Of a stretch of DNA of 64,000 bases, positions 51,065 through 64,000 are shown in pieces. This DNA comes from Octopus vulgaris (Eukaryota). The stretch is from positions 48,546,001 to 48,610,000 of the forward strand of contig OX597829.1 in the NCBI GenBank assembly GCA_951406725.2. Direction: 5' to 3'. Position 1 is the stretch's first letter. Each line of letters starts with the position of its first letter. The notes under the pieces were generated by a model that was not told the DNA's origin, ran no database searches, and was given only the letters and a program-made list of their open reading frames with translations. The position numbers were made by a program, and so were the translations under genes.

Positions 51065-51142
<78 letters not shown>

Positions 51143-51216
51143 TATATATATATATATATCACATATCACATATATATTTATAGGCGCAGAAGTGGCTGTG
51201 TGGTTGTGTGTATATA

Positions 51217-51252
<36 letters not shown>

Positions 51253-51740
51253 TACATAAATATTGATTTGTGTGTGCTTTTATATATACAAAAACAATGT
51301 ATATATGTATATACAGCTGTATCAGTATGAATACGCATAAACTTATGTATAATGGTGTGTAAGACACAGAAAATTCTGAGTGTACATATTCATTTATATC
51401 TCATGTCAATCTAATTACTTTTTATTGTTAAAAAATAATATATGCATGACACCATTATTTCTATTAATTATTATCTCCCCTACACCACATCAATATCATA
51501 TACTTCTCTTCTTTAATTTTCTATGATAAATTTCTCTACAATTATGAGCAATTTTTTTTATATTAATTAAAGATAACTTTTTTATACTGCTCTATAGATA
51601 ATTATATACATTTAGCAATTGATAACATAAGTAAATTTCCTCTCAACTTCAATTTTACTTTTACTTTTCAACCATTTAGTATCTACTCCAACACCTTCAT
51701 TAAATCTTTTCTATACTGTGACCAGATAATAAATTCCAAA

Positions 51741-52128
51741 GTGGAGGCGCAATGGCCCAGTGGTTAGGGCAGCGGACTCGCGGTCATAGGATTGTGGTTT
51801 CGATTCCCAGACCGGGCGTTGTGAGTGTTTATTGAGTGAAAACGCCTAAAGCTCCATGAGGCTCCGGCAGGGGATGGTGGTGATCCCTGCTGTACTCTTT
51901 CACCACAACTTTCTCTCACTCTTACTTCCTATTTCTGTTGTACCTGTATTTCAAGGGGCCGGCCTTGACACTCTCTGTGTCACGCTGAATATCCCCGAGA
52001 ACTACGTTAAGGGTGCACGTGTCTGTGGAGTGCTCAGCCACTTACACGTTAATTTCACGAGCAGGCTGTTCTGTTGATTCGGATCAATCAGAACCCTCAT
52101 CGTCGTAACCGATGGAGTGCTTCCATCC
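51741..52128 (+). mobile_element. Full-length tRNA-derived SINE (third family)
   Basis: Head GTGGAGGCGCAATGGCCCAGTGGTTAGGGCAGCGGACTC. TSD AATAAATTCCAAA at 51728-51740 and 52129-52141. The same 3' end appears at window positions 1-50. Confidence 0.9.
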
Positions 52129-55100
52129 AATAAATTCCAAAATATTACACTTATTTTTTTCTATGAATATTCGATCTATTATTTACAACAAATACTTTAA
52201 TTATAAATTTTATAAACCTGAAATCATTAGTGATTACTATTAAACATTTTTTTTCTAATTACTTATTAAGTCATATTGATAATTGACAGTTAAATATAAA
52301 TCTTAGTTTTTTTGTATTTGAAAATTCTTTATTTCCTTATTTGGATGTCCTATCCTAAAAACAGCCTCATCAATTAATTTGCTTCATTTACAGAAATTTA
52401 AATTAGATCATGCATAGAAATTTATAGGGAGAATGTCAGCCTGTAATATTTTAATATTATTATATATATCGAAATCGAATTGAACCAGCCTGGATCCCTG
52501 GTCTGGTGGTACGTAAAAAGCACCATCCGACTCATGGCCGATGCCAGTGCCGCCTCGACTGGCTTCCGTGCCGGTGGCACGTAAAATACACCAATCCGAC
52601 TGTGGCCATTGCCAGCCTTGCCTGGCACCTCTGCAGGTGGCACGTAAAAAGCACCCACTACACTCACGGAGTGGTTGGCATTAGGAAGGGCATCCAGCTG
52701 TAGAAACATTGCCAGATAAGACTGGAGCCTGGTGCAGCCTTCTGGCTTCCCAGATCCCCAGTCGAACCGTCCAACCCATGCTAGCATGGAGGACGGACGT
52801 TAAACGATGATGATGATGATGATGATATTAGCACCCAATTTATATTTCTTTTAGTATTGTTTAGGATGGACATGACTCCAGGAGCAAGTGCACATTACAA
52901 GGTGATTACTAACATCATACCTATGTAATTCGGAATCTGGACAAAAGCTCTCTAGGACAAAAAAACCTTAGGACAAAATCCCCTTGGTTATATTTTTATC
53001 AGTTATTTTTTTTGGTTTTTAGTTGAATGTATCAACCTCAGAATTATTTTTTACTTGTTGCAGTTATTAGACTGTGGCTGGCACCACTTTGAAGAATTTT
53101 TCAATGGTTGTGTGGAACCCAGAACTTTTGTTTAAGCTTGATCAAACCCACTTTGGGGATACTCTCTTTCTCTTTCTTTCTCTCTTTTACTTGTTTCAGT
53201 CATTTTGACTGCGGCCATGCTGGAGCACCGCCTTTAGTCGAGCAAATCGACCCCAGGACTTATTCTTTGTAAGCCCAGTACTTATTCTATCGGTCTCTTT
53301 TGCTGAACTGCTTAGTGACGGGGACGTAAACACACCAGCATCGGTTGTCAAGCAATGCTAGGGAGACAAACACAGACACACAAACATATACACACACATA
53401 CATATATATATATACATATATACGACAGGCTTCTTTCAGTTTCCGTCTACCAAATCCACTCACAAGGCATTGGTCGGCCTGGGGCTATAGCAGAAGACAC
53501 TTGCCCAAGATGCCACGCAGTGGGACTGAACCCGGAACCATGTGGTTGGTTAGCAAGCTACTTACCACACAGCCACTCCCGCGCCTATATAATTCATTTT
53601 TGTTTTTCTTTTTACTTGTTGCAGTCATTAGACTGCGGCCATGCTGGGGCATCACTTTAAGGAATTTTTAGTTGACTATATCGATCCCAGAATTTTTTTA
53701 GATGATTTTCAACCAGCACATGAAGTTAAACATAGAAGGTCTCTCAACATGCTGCAAATAACAGCCCAAATCTCTTGAAATTGTTTTATAACCCACCTTG
53801 GTTATATTTATTGTTAATTCTACGTTTTTTTCGGGTTTTTTTTTTTCATTTTCTAAAAATCTTTTTACTTGTTTCAGTCACTGGACTGCAACCATGCTGG
53901 GGCACCGCCTTGAAGAAATTTCAGTTGAATGTATCGACCCCAGAATCTTTTTTAGGTGATTTTCAACCAGAACATAAAGTTAAGCCTAGAAGGTCTTTCG
54001 ATATTCTAGAAATAACAGCCAAATCTTACAAATTTTTTTAATAATTTCATGTAAACAAAAATGAGAATCATGGTTGTAAAAAAAAAAAAAGTTTATTTTC
54101 CAAAATTCCAATTTTTAAGCAAACAAAATATATTCATTCGAAAAACGGTGTCAAAACATCTATGTCCCTCGTGTGTTTCAATTATTTTCCTTGTTTTTAG
54201 AACAATTTTAAGTTTGAAAATGAAAATAAATAAATACAATAAAATAGGCACAGGAGTGGCTGTGTGGTAAGTAGCTTGCTAACCAACCACATGGTTCCGG
54301 GTTCAGTCCCACTGCGTGGCATCTTGGGCAAGTGTCTTCTGCTATAGCCCCGGGCCGACCAATGCCTTGTGAGTGGATTTGGTAGATGGAAACTGAAAGA
54401 AGCTTGTCGTATATATGTATATATATATATGTATGTGTGTGTTTGTGTGTCTGTGTTTGTCCCTCTAGCATTGCTTGACAACCGGTGCTGGTGTGTGTTT
54501 ACGTCCCCGTCACTTAGCGGTTCGGCAAAAGAGACTGATAGAATAAGTACTGGGCTTACAAAGAATAAGTCTCGGGGTCGAGTTGCTCGACTAAAGGCAG
54601 TGCTCCAGCATGGCCGCAGTCAAATGACTGAAACAAGTAAAAGAGAGAAAAGAGTAAACCTTAACATCAATAATGGAATAACAGAACACAAGACTCTTCA
54701 CTACTCAATGTACATATTGTCTGAATTCTAAGAAGAGGGAAAGCATTTACTTCAAGAAATGCTTAGAAATATAAAAGCGATAAGAAGTACGTTTGAATGA
54801 CTGGACTTCAATGGCTGGAGAAAATTCAGAGGGTCAGCTCATTCCCATTAATCTGTAAGTGCTAAAAGAAGAAAACAAAACTTTAAATGTATATTTCAAA
54901 ATGCTGATTTTTCTGCGACCCAAAAACTTTCAAGCTGGTGCCCCAGCATGGCTGCAATCCAATGACTGAAACAAGTAAAAAGATTTTTTATAAAAAAAAA
55001 CAAAAAACAAAAAAAAAACTGAGGTCGTTTATAAAAAAAATTTCAAGGGATTTGGCTCTTATTTCTAGCATGTGGAGATACCGTCTAGGCTTAACTTCAT

Positions 55101-55593
55101 GCACTGCTTGAAAATCATTAAAAAAAATTCTGAGGTCGCTACATTTAACTAAAAATTCTTCAATAATATATATATATAGGCGCAGGAGTGGCTGTGTGGT
55201 AAGTAGCTTGCTAACCAACCACATGGTTCCGGGTTCAGTCCCACTGCGTGGCATCTTGGGCAAGTATCTTCTACTATAGCCTTGGGCCGACCAAAGCCTT
55301 GTGAGTGGATTTGGTAGATGGAAACTGAAAGAAGCCTGTCATATATATATATATATATGTGTGTGTGTGCATGTATGTTTGTGTGTCTGTGTTTGTCCCC
55401 CTAGCATTGCTTGACAACTGATGCTGGTGTGTTTATGTCCCCGTCACTTAGCGGTTCGGTAAAAGTGACCGATAGAATAAGTACTGGGCTTACAAAGAAT
55501 AAGTCCTGGGGTCGATTTGCTCGATTAAAGGTGGTGCTCCAGCATGACCGCAGTCAAATGACTGAAACAAGTAAAAGAGTAAAAGAGAGAGAG

Positions 55594-55628
<35 letters not shown>

Positions 55629-56999
55629 ATGTATGTATATCAACAATCAAGGTGGTTCGCTAGCATGACAGCAGTTTAATAGCTGAAACAAGTAAAAGAT
55701 AAAAGATAAACAACAAAATAATATTTACCCCAACTGGATTTGAACTCAGTGTGTAGTAAAAAAGCTTGAACAACCCTGCGAGGTATTTTTTTTTTCTTTC
55801 GGATGTTCTAATGATTCAGCCAGTTTGTTGCCTTTTTGATTGCTTCTGATTTAGACACAAGGTCAAGCATTGTTGATGGGGGACAAGTTGATGTGGCTGG
55901 TCTGTTTTACTTTATCAAACCCCACAAAAAGATGAAAGACATGATCGACTTCGATGAGATTCGAACTCAGAACATAAAGAATCAAAAGGAATATCGCAAA
56001 GAATTTTCCACCATCTGATTGTGGCCGTTTGCCAGCCTTGTCTGGCACGTAAAAAGCACCCACTACACTCACGGAGTGGTTGGCGTTAGGAAGGGCATCC
56101 AGCCGTAGAAACATTGCCAGATCAAACTGGGCCTGGTGCAGCCTTCTGGCTTCACAGACCCCAGTTGAACTGTCCAACCCATGCTAGCATGGAAAGCGGA
56201 CGCTAAACAATGATGATGATGATGATGATGATGATGCTAACCATTCTGTCAGTTCATCACTATTGTGATGACATTGACAGTGATGGATGATGATGATGAT
56301 GATGATGATGATGTGAAGGAGGAAGAGGAAAAGAGAATGATACAAGTGATGGTGGTGTTGATTATGGTGAGAAGGAGTAGGAAGAGAAAGAAGAAGAGGA
56401 TGATGATGAGGATAATGATGAACATTATATAGACGGACCATCAGATAACATCTAATTAAGACTGACATCATTTTCCATGACAAAAAGAACAATTCTTTAC
56501 TGACAATCAAAACGGCAATACAAAATGACTACAATGTCATGCTGACAAGTTAAATTACAATGACTTAGCAATTGAATTGAAGGTGATACAGAAGTTAAGT
56601 AATGTCTATCATTCAATTTGTAATTAGTATAACTGGAATGATAAGCAATTACGTCTGTTAAGATAGTGACAGACATGGACAAATTTCTAATTTATATATC
56701 AAATAGCTACTAAAACGGCATGATTTATGCAAATCAGTGTATGCCATATTGCTTTTATGGCCGGCTATGAATACAATGTTATAATCGCTAATAAGCATGG
56801 CTATAAATACAATGTTATCGTGGACAATTAAGGAAGTGTAATTGGTTGCTGAAGAAATTATAACGTTGATTAAAACTAGTCCAGCCAATCTGTCGTTTTC
56901 TGTCCATTTAAAGATTACTTAAAATCAATGACTTGTCTTTTATGACTGTCCAATGGATTTAATTAATTTCTGTCAATTTACTACAGCTGCTGCGGCTGC

Positions 57000-57285
57000 T
57001 ACACCTCCTGCTCGTCCTCCCCGTCATCCTCTTCCTCCTCTTCCACCTCCTCTTCCTCCTCCTCCTCATTTTCCCTCTCCTCTTCCTCCCTTCCTCCCCT
57101 TCCTCCTCCTCCTCTTTTCCCCTTTCCTCTCCCTCCTCCTCTTCCTCCTCCTCCTCCTCTTCCCCCCTCTCCTCTTCCTCCTCCTCCTCTCCCCTCTCCT
57201 CTTCCTCCTCTTCCACCTCCTCTCCCTCCTCTTCTTCGCTCCATCCTCTTCCACCCCTCCTCCTCCTCCTCCTCCTCCTCCACCA
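57000..57285. repeat. Polypyrimidine/polypurine (CCT)-rich tract
   Basis: Direct inspection; source of the poly-E/P/R ORFs. Confidence 0.9.
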
Positions 57286-57714
57286 CATTGCTGCTACTGC
57301 CACAATAGTGGTGGTGCTGATGTTACTATCAGATGAAATGCTTTGTTAGTATTCCCCCCCCCCTTTGCATTCAGAGTTCAAACCTTGCTGAGGGGGGTCA
57401 ATCTTTTATTTTTTTCTCATTTTGGGCTTAATAAAATAAAAGTACTGGGTGGGAGGAAGTATCTAGTCTGCTAGCCACACTCTCCCTCAAAAATTGTTGA
57501 CTTTGTGGCAAAATTATCATCATCATTATCATCACTGACTGATGATAACGAAACGCTTATGTTTCCAGAGGTGAATTAGTCAAACCCCAAACGATTCTTC
57601 TCCACACATGGCTATGATGCTCAATTGCTGAAGGTCAAGCAACAAAACAAGCAAGTCTGTCATATTGAGTAGAATATTTGCCGTAGCCCATCTTTTATAC
57701 CAAGACAAAATATA

Positions 57715-58105
57715 GCATGCTGGGCAAAATGCTTAGTGGTATTTCGTCTGCCGTTACGTTCTGAGTTCAAATTCCGCCGAGGTCAACTTTGCCCTTCATC
57801 CTTTTCAGGGTCGATAAATTAAGTACCAGTTACGCACTGGGGTCGATGTAATTGACTTAATCCCTTTGTCTGTCCTTGTTTGTCCCCTCAGTGTTTAGCC
57901 CCTTGTGGGTAGTAAAGAAATAGGTATTTCATTTACTGCTACGTTCTGAGTTCAAATTCCACCGAGGTTGACTATGCCTTTCATCCTTTTGGGGTTGATA
58001 AATTAAGTACCAGTTATGCACTGGGGTTGATATAGTCGACTTAATCCGTTTGTCTGTCCTTGTTTGTCCCCTCTGTGTTTAGCCCCTTGTGGGCAATATA
58101 AAAAT
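57715..58105 (+). mobile_element. Dimeric CORE-like SINE inserted in repeat 'A'
   Basis: Two tandem bodies. TSD AAGACAAAATATA at 57702-57714 and 58106-58118. Confidence 0.85.
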
Positions 58106-58154
58106 AAGACAAAATATATACATGATAACACTTTTGCAATCAGTTAAAATCAGA

Positions 58155-58935
58155 AGAACTTTTAGGCCTGGCCCTATGGATAACTTCCAGAAATCCCTTG
58201 CCTGGCAGTGCTACCGAGGGGCGCTGCCTGTTTGAGACAAACTTTACAGGCATGGAAGTGCCATCAGCCAGGCCTGCCTGAGGTGCACCCAGAACAATGA
58301 AACCATTCTGCATGCGCAAGTCCAATGCCTGAGTATTGCTGATCTGTGGGTTTATGACGAACACCTGCTGTCACGTTTAGGACGGATCTGGCTATCACCT
58401 GAATCTATTGTGAGGATTGCCTCGCTGCCCCTTTTTGGCCAGGAGGGGCAGGCAATTTTTATTTGTCTAGTGACTGTAGCGAAAGAGATAGTATGGTAGA
58501 CCTGTCTGGAAGGGCTAAAGACAGACACTTTCCTCTTTGGCTAAACCCTCATCAACTTTTTCAAGTTTCACTTGAAAAGGAAGTTGAGGGTGAAGAGGGG
58601 GAAGTGTTGCCTTGTAGCAAGTTTGTTAAAAGCTGGGTGAATGTTGGAAGGATGGCCAATATGAAAGGACCAATTCTGAGCATGCATCTGTAAAAAACAA
58701 AAAGTAGAAGGGCTCTTGCCCTGTTGTTCAGGCACCCATTGCTTTTCTGGGTTTTTCGACGAGGATCTTAAAATGCCTCCTCTATTGGGAGTTTTAATTT
58801 GTTTAATTTTTAATTGTTATAAATTTGTGTACTCATGGAAAATCCATTGTATCGTCCTGTTTTTGTCTTTTATGTTGTTGCATGTCTTTTAATGTTATTT
58901 CATATGAGCCCTTGTGGCTAATAAAAGAATTAATT
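58155..58935 (+). mobile_element. Tx1/L1-clade LINE 3' fragment (zf-RVT CCHC region plus 3' UTR)
   Basis: Translates KSLAWQCYRGALPV*DKLYRHG...CLRC...ETILHAQVQC and ends AATAAAAGAATTAATTA. Confidence 0.75.
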
Positions 58936-59198
58936 AATTAATTATTATTATTATTATTATCATCATCATTATTATCATTATTATTAAGGCAGCGAGCTGG
59001 CATAACCATTAGCACACCGGCCGAAATGCTTCACAGTATTTCATCTGCCGCTATGTTCTGAGTTCAAATTCCACTGAGGTCATCTTTGCCTTTCATCCTT
59101 TCAGAATAGATAAAATAAGTACCAGTGAAACACTGGGGCCGATATAATCGACTCCTCTCCTCCACCAAAATGGCTGTCCATGTGGCAAAATTTGAAAC

Positions 59199-59238
<40 letters not shown>

Positions 59239-59757
59239 TTTATTTTTATTGAGTGAGAGAGAGAGCAGTGCATGCCATCAAAGTGACACTGGGGTAAAAT
59301 ATACAAAGCCCAGTATACCCATTATGACTACCTGTCTGATAAGGGTACACCAGGCACATGCATCACAACTATATGTGCGCAACATGGTGATCTCATATCA
59401 AGATAAACAGCACATGACCTTGCAGGTGGGGCCCAGTTAGAATTTTCTTCTGGTTGAGTAGCCCATCCTGCTCAAAAGGTCCCTGAATAAGGGTTGCTTT
59501 AGGATGTTGAACAAAACACCCATGTTTCCAGAGGTGAATTATCCAAACCCCAAAGAATCCCTCTCAACACATGGCTATGATGCTCCCCAATTACTTCTGC
59601 TCGTGGTCAGAGATGCACATATCGTCAGCCACTAAGGGACATGCTCAACTGGTTAAGGTCAAACAACTGACAAGCAAATCTGTGGTATTGAGCAGAATAT
59701 TTGCTGTAGCCCATCTTTTATACCAAGACAAAACCATGTACATTATTATTATTATTG

Positions 59758-59829
<72 letters not shown>

Positions 59830-60285
59830 GTTTGGCTTTTGCTCTGTATATTTGTATATGTTAACACCAAGTCTCATCAGACTCTTCATTCAATTCTCCT
59901 CCTCCTCCTCCTCGTCCTCCTCCTTCGACACTGAAGTATACACTGTCAATTTGATGGAGGATAATTTTTTTTGTTTTTATTTTGCAAACAAGAGACTTTG
60001 ACATGTCTGGATGCTTATCTAAATATGTATGCAAGAGAAAATGCTATTCTTTTTTTTATGCAGACATTTATATTATCCTTTAAAAAAAATGTGTTGTTTA
60101 CTAAAGTCATTCTAGACAGTGTTGTTTTATTTTTTCTGGGAAAGCTGTAGATATGTCCCCAAGAATTGTAATAAAAATTTTGAAAGCAATATCACAGAGT
60201 TTGATAAAGTCACACTCACGCACACACAAAAAAGACAAACAACAAAAATGAGATACAGTAAATACAGAGATACAATTAGCATTTA

Positions 60286-60799
60286 TCTCTCTCTATATAA
60301 ACGGCAGTTTGTCTGTCAGTGTGTCTGTGTGTCTGTCAGGTTGTACCCTCACCCTGACCACAGCTTTCAACCGATTCTGATCAAACTTGACACATACATA
60401 GCCCAATGTCATAATTCAAAACTAACACAGCGAAAGTTCCCCCAGTTCTGAAAAAAATCGATAAATTCGACATGGGGTCGAGAATCTAAGCTTTTTATTT
60501 GCAACACATTTTCTGTTGTAGTTTTCGCAACTTGCAATCGATTTTCACCAAACTCATGGTGAAGCTTAATGTTACCCTAAGAAACTTAATTCTGACGTTA
60601 GTTTTCCATGCAATACCTTACCATCAGAAAAAAATCGATAAATTCATGCCATTTTGGGAAATCGCGTTCAAATTCAAGATGACATATTTTCGACAATATC
60701 TTTCACAAATTGGCACAAATTTTTTTAAAATTCACAGCGAGCATCATGTCTGCTCCAGGGGCTCTTACATACCCGGGCAATGCCGGGCTATGCTGCTAG
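60286..60799 (+). mobile_element. Non-autonomous Helitron
   Basis: A|TC start, (GTCT/GTGT) subterminal repeats, hairpin CCCGGGCAATGCCGGG and CTAG|T end. Confidence 0.75.
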
Positions 60800-61402
60800 T
60801 ACTTTAATAAAGGAAAATATAATGATATTTCTAATAATATTGATTGCAATAACAATAGTTTTGGATAGCATTGTTAATCATCAGGAGGCAATTAACATAG
60901 TTTGGCCCCTGGATAAGAAAAATATATAGGAGGAATGAGAGAAGTATGTCACAAGGGATGGAGATTCACCTTTCCTAATGAGTACATCAAAGGATGGATG
61001 ACAAAAAGAGTAAAATACTTCTGTTTTCCAAAAATGGAAGGCAGTTCTTATATCTTTTATTCTTATACTTGTTTCAGTTGTTTCCTTCTACCAAATCGTG
61101 AGTAAAAGACACTTGCCCAAGGTGCCATAAGAGTGGCTATGTGGTAAGAATCTTGCTTCCTAACCACATGGTTCCAGGTTCAGTCCCACCACATGGCACC
61201 TTCGATAGGTGTCTTCTACTATAGCCTCAGGCTGATCAAAGCCTTGTGAGTGGAGAAGCCTGTTGTATATATATGTATTTGGTGTCAGTATTTATCCCCC
61301 CACCTTCATTTGACAACCGATTTTGGTGTGCTTATGTCCCTGAAACATTAGCCACTTGACAAAAGATACTGATAAAATAAGTACTAGGCTTACAAAGAAT
61401 AA

Positions 61403-61847
61403 ACTGAAACTGTATTCACTCCAATGACGCTGTGAATGCTACATTATCTGTATGATGTGAAAAATATTCCATCAGCACTGTCCAAATGATGTTGGCATCA
61501 CCTTCAAAATACACCCAAGACTTGGACTCCATGCCATCCGTCCACAACAAAAATCTAAATCACATCTCAGTACAACAATACGGCACAATTATTTCACCTC
61601 AATTGACCCTGCTCTCTTCACCAGGACACGTCAAAACAGAAACTGACCACACAAAATTCAAGAAGTCTTTGGACAAATTCGTCCAAGCAGTCCCGGACAA
61701 GCCACCCACACCCAGATATGTCTCCGCAAACAATAACTCTCTTCTCAAATGGGCCTAGGTGCCCAATTCCTGAATTGAAAGGCTTCACCAGATGGTGCTT
61801 TTAAGTTAGACATGGCCTGGGCCAAAACTGGCCAAAACCTTTCTAAG

Positions 61848-61850
<3 letters not shown>
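61403..61850 (+). mobile_element. Decayed CR1/L2-group LINE 3' fragment (a different family from 10602)
   Basis: LKLYSLQ*RCECYII...FKKSLDKFVQAVPDKP resembles the CR1-group ORF2 C-terminus. Confidence 0.65.
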
Positions 61851-61884
<34 letters not shown>

Positions 61885-62281
61885 CACACATAACTATCTG
61901 TCTGCCTATCTGTGCAGTTGTATATATGTGTGTGTTTTGTATATTATATATATATATATATATATATGGGCTTCTTTCAGTTTACATCTACCAAATCCAC
62001 TCACAAGGCTTTGGTCAGCTCAGGTCTGTAGTGGAAGGCACTTGCCCAAGGTGTCAGTGTCATGCAGTGGGAATGAACCCTAAATCATATAACCACATGC
62101 TTGGGAAGCAGAGTTCCTACCACACAGCTATACCTGCACAAGACAAAATTATGAATATTAAATAGTTTTTTTTTTTTTTCAGGTTGCAATTATGTGGGCG
62201 GAGTATACACTGTGTGGGCTGCATTCTATCATTGGGTGATGATTGTATTGAATATGAGTTGTGAAAATTATTGGAGATATG

Positions 62282-62326
<45 letters not shown>

Positions 62327-63589
62327 TATTATTATTATTATTGTTATTATTATTATTTTGTAAAATCCAATTTATCAGTTAATTACGTGATTTAGAAAAT
62401 GTCACATAAAGGTTGAACTTGTTTATTTGTAAGAATCAGCTATGTGAACTGGAACACTCCGACTGTGAAATATCTTAAAGAATTTATATTTTTGATATTG
62501 TTTTAATCAGAGCGAAAGTCGTTGGGTGATTGTTTGATTGCATTTTTTTTTTGGGGGGGGGGGGGTTCTGCTTTCTTTTATTTTTTTTTTGCATTGTATG
62601 GATGAGAAACTCGTTTGCATCATCATCCTCATCCTCATCATCATCATCATCATTTAATGTCTGTTTTTCTATGCTGGCATGGGTTGGATGGTTTGACCAC
62701 AGCAGGCAAGCTGGAGCTGCACTAGATTCCAGTCTGATTTGGCCTGGTTTCTACGGCTGGACGCTCTTCCTAATGCCAACCACTTTATAGAATGTACTTA
62801 TCGAGTGCTTTTTACATGGCACCGGCATGAATACTTTTGTGTGGTATTGGCGCTATCTATATATCTGTCTGCTAGGTATTTTGTCCAGCACGATAATGGT
62901 TCTGCCAGCTAACTGCCATAATAATAACAATAATGGTTTCATATTTTTGGCACAAAGCCAGCATGTTTTGTGGGAGGAGCTAAGTTGATTACATCGAACC
63001 CCAGTATTTAACTGGCACTTATTTTACCGACCCCTAAACGCTAAACAGCAAAACTGACCTCAGTGGAATTTGAACTCAGAGCACGAGGACAGATCAAATG
63101 CCACCAAGCATTTTTCCAGTGTGCTAATGATTCTGCCAGCTCACTGCCTTAATAATAATATTTGCTTCAAATTTTGGCACAAGGCCAGCATTTTCGGAGG
63201 GAGGGGCTAAGTTGATAAGTTATCAACCCCAGTGCTCAACTGGTAATTTATTTTATCAACCTTGAAAGGATAAAAGGCAAAGCCGACCCTTACGACAATT
63301 GAACTCAGAATGTAAAGGCGGGAGAAATGTTGCTAAACATTTTGTCTGGTATGGTAAATGATTCTTCCAGCTTGCCGCCTTCTCCACACTAACCACTTTG
63401 AACAGTGTTTCCTCTCCTGAATGTCAGCTTTCTGGAATTCTTGCTCTGCACATGATTTTTAAATTGGTCATCAGAAATGTTAACAATGTAATATCTTTAT
63501 TTATCTCATTTATCTTTATTTACCTTTGGTAGTGCCAAAGCAAAAGGCACTACCATCTCCTCTAAATGAAACCAGTAAAAAACAAAATC

Positions 63590-64000
63590 CATCCATCTGA
63601 CCATCCACCCATCCATCCATCCATCATCTATTCATTTGTCTCACCGTTTATTCATCCATTTATCCATCTATCTATCTGATCATCTGTCCATCCATCTGTC
63701 TGGCCATCCAGCTGTCCATCTGTCCATTTGTCTCACCATTTGTTTGTCCATTATCTATCTGTCTATCTGACCATTCATCCATCCATTTATCTGTCCATTT
63801 GCCTATCCTTTCATCCATTTGTCTCAACATCTGTTCATCCATTTATCCATCCATCTATCTGATCGTTTGTCCATCCTTCTGTTCGGCCATCCATCCATCC
63901 ACCCATCCATCCATCCATCTGTCCGTCCATTCGTTTGTCCATCCGTCTTTCTATTTATCTATCCATCGATTTGTCTCAGCATCTGTTCAGCCATTTCTTC
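63590..64000. repeat. Degenerate (TCCA)n/(TCTG)n tract; inverse (TGGA)n tract at 47806-48058
   Basis: Direct inspection. Confidence 0.85.

Noticed and set aside
49740-52400. Coding exons in AT-rich unique-looking sequence
   Set aside because: No sustained ORF and no DARNHG or GHSMGG motif; probably a highly decayed LINE that could not be classified.
56953-57336. Pro/Glu/Arg-rich ORFs
   Set aside because: Low-complexity CCT tract open in many frames, with no domain or splice support.
57540-57565. Minimal hammerhead CTGATGA-TAAC-GAAAC
   Set aside because: There is no stem II G-C pair or stem I, and the motif arises at the junction of a (GAT) repeat with a truncated element.

Overview
AT-rich, microsatellite-dense eukaryotic (metazoan) DNA. 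The SINE and RTE repertoire looks like an octopus/cephalopod genome; this is inferred from repeat appearance and was not verified. Almost all ORFs in the track are artefacts of simple repeats and SINEs. Real coding signal is limited to four things: (1) one internal exon of an ABHD11-like alpha/beta hydrolase (43394-43538, +); (2) a young, nearly intact, GC-rich CR1/L2-group LINE (10602-14128, +) with one ORF1 stop and one ORF2 frameshift; (3) a decayed DD37D (maT) Tc1/mariner transposon (39898-41159); (4) decayed RTE, Tx1/L1, R4/Dong-like, CR1 and Penelope fragments. A CpG-containing island at about 27.1-27.4 kb looks like a promoter with a minus-strand first exon. The most unusual observations are a TSD-flanked chimera of an RTE tail with stuttered tRNA-Leu 5' fragments in opposite orientation (48116-48278), an AUG-less LINE ORF2 overlapping ORF1 in the -1 frame with two canonical slippery heptamers, two independent head-to-head Tx1/other-element fusions, an 820-bp foldback element with an 8-bp TSD, a decayed hammerhead ribozyme, and dimeric CORE-SINEs. 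No prokaryotic system or CRISPR array was found.
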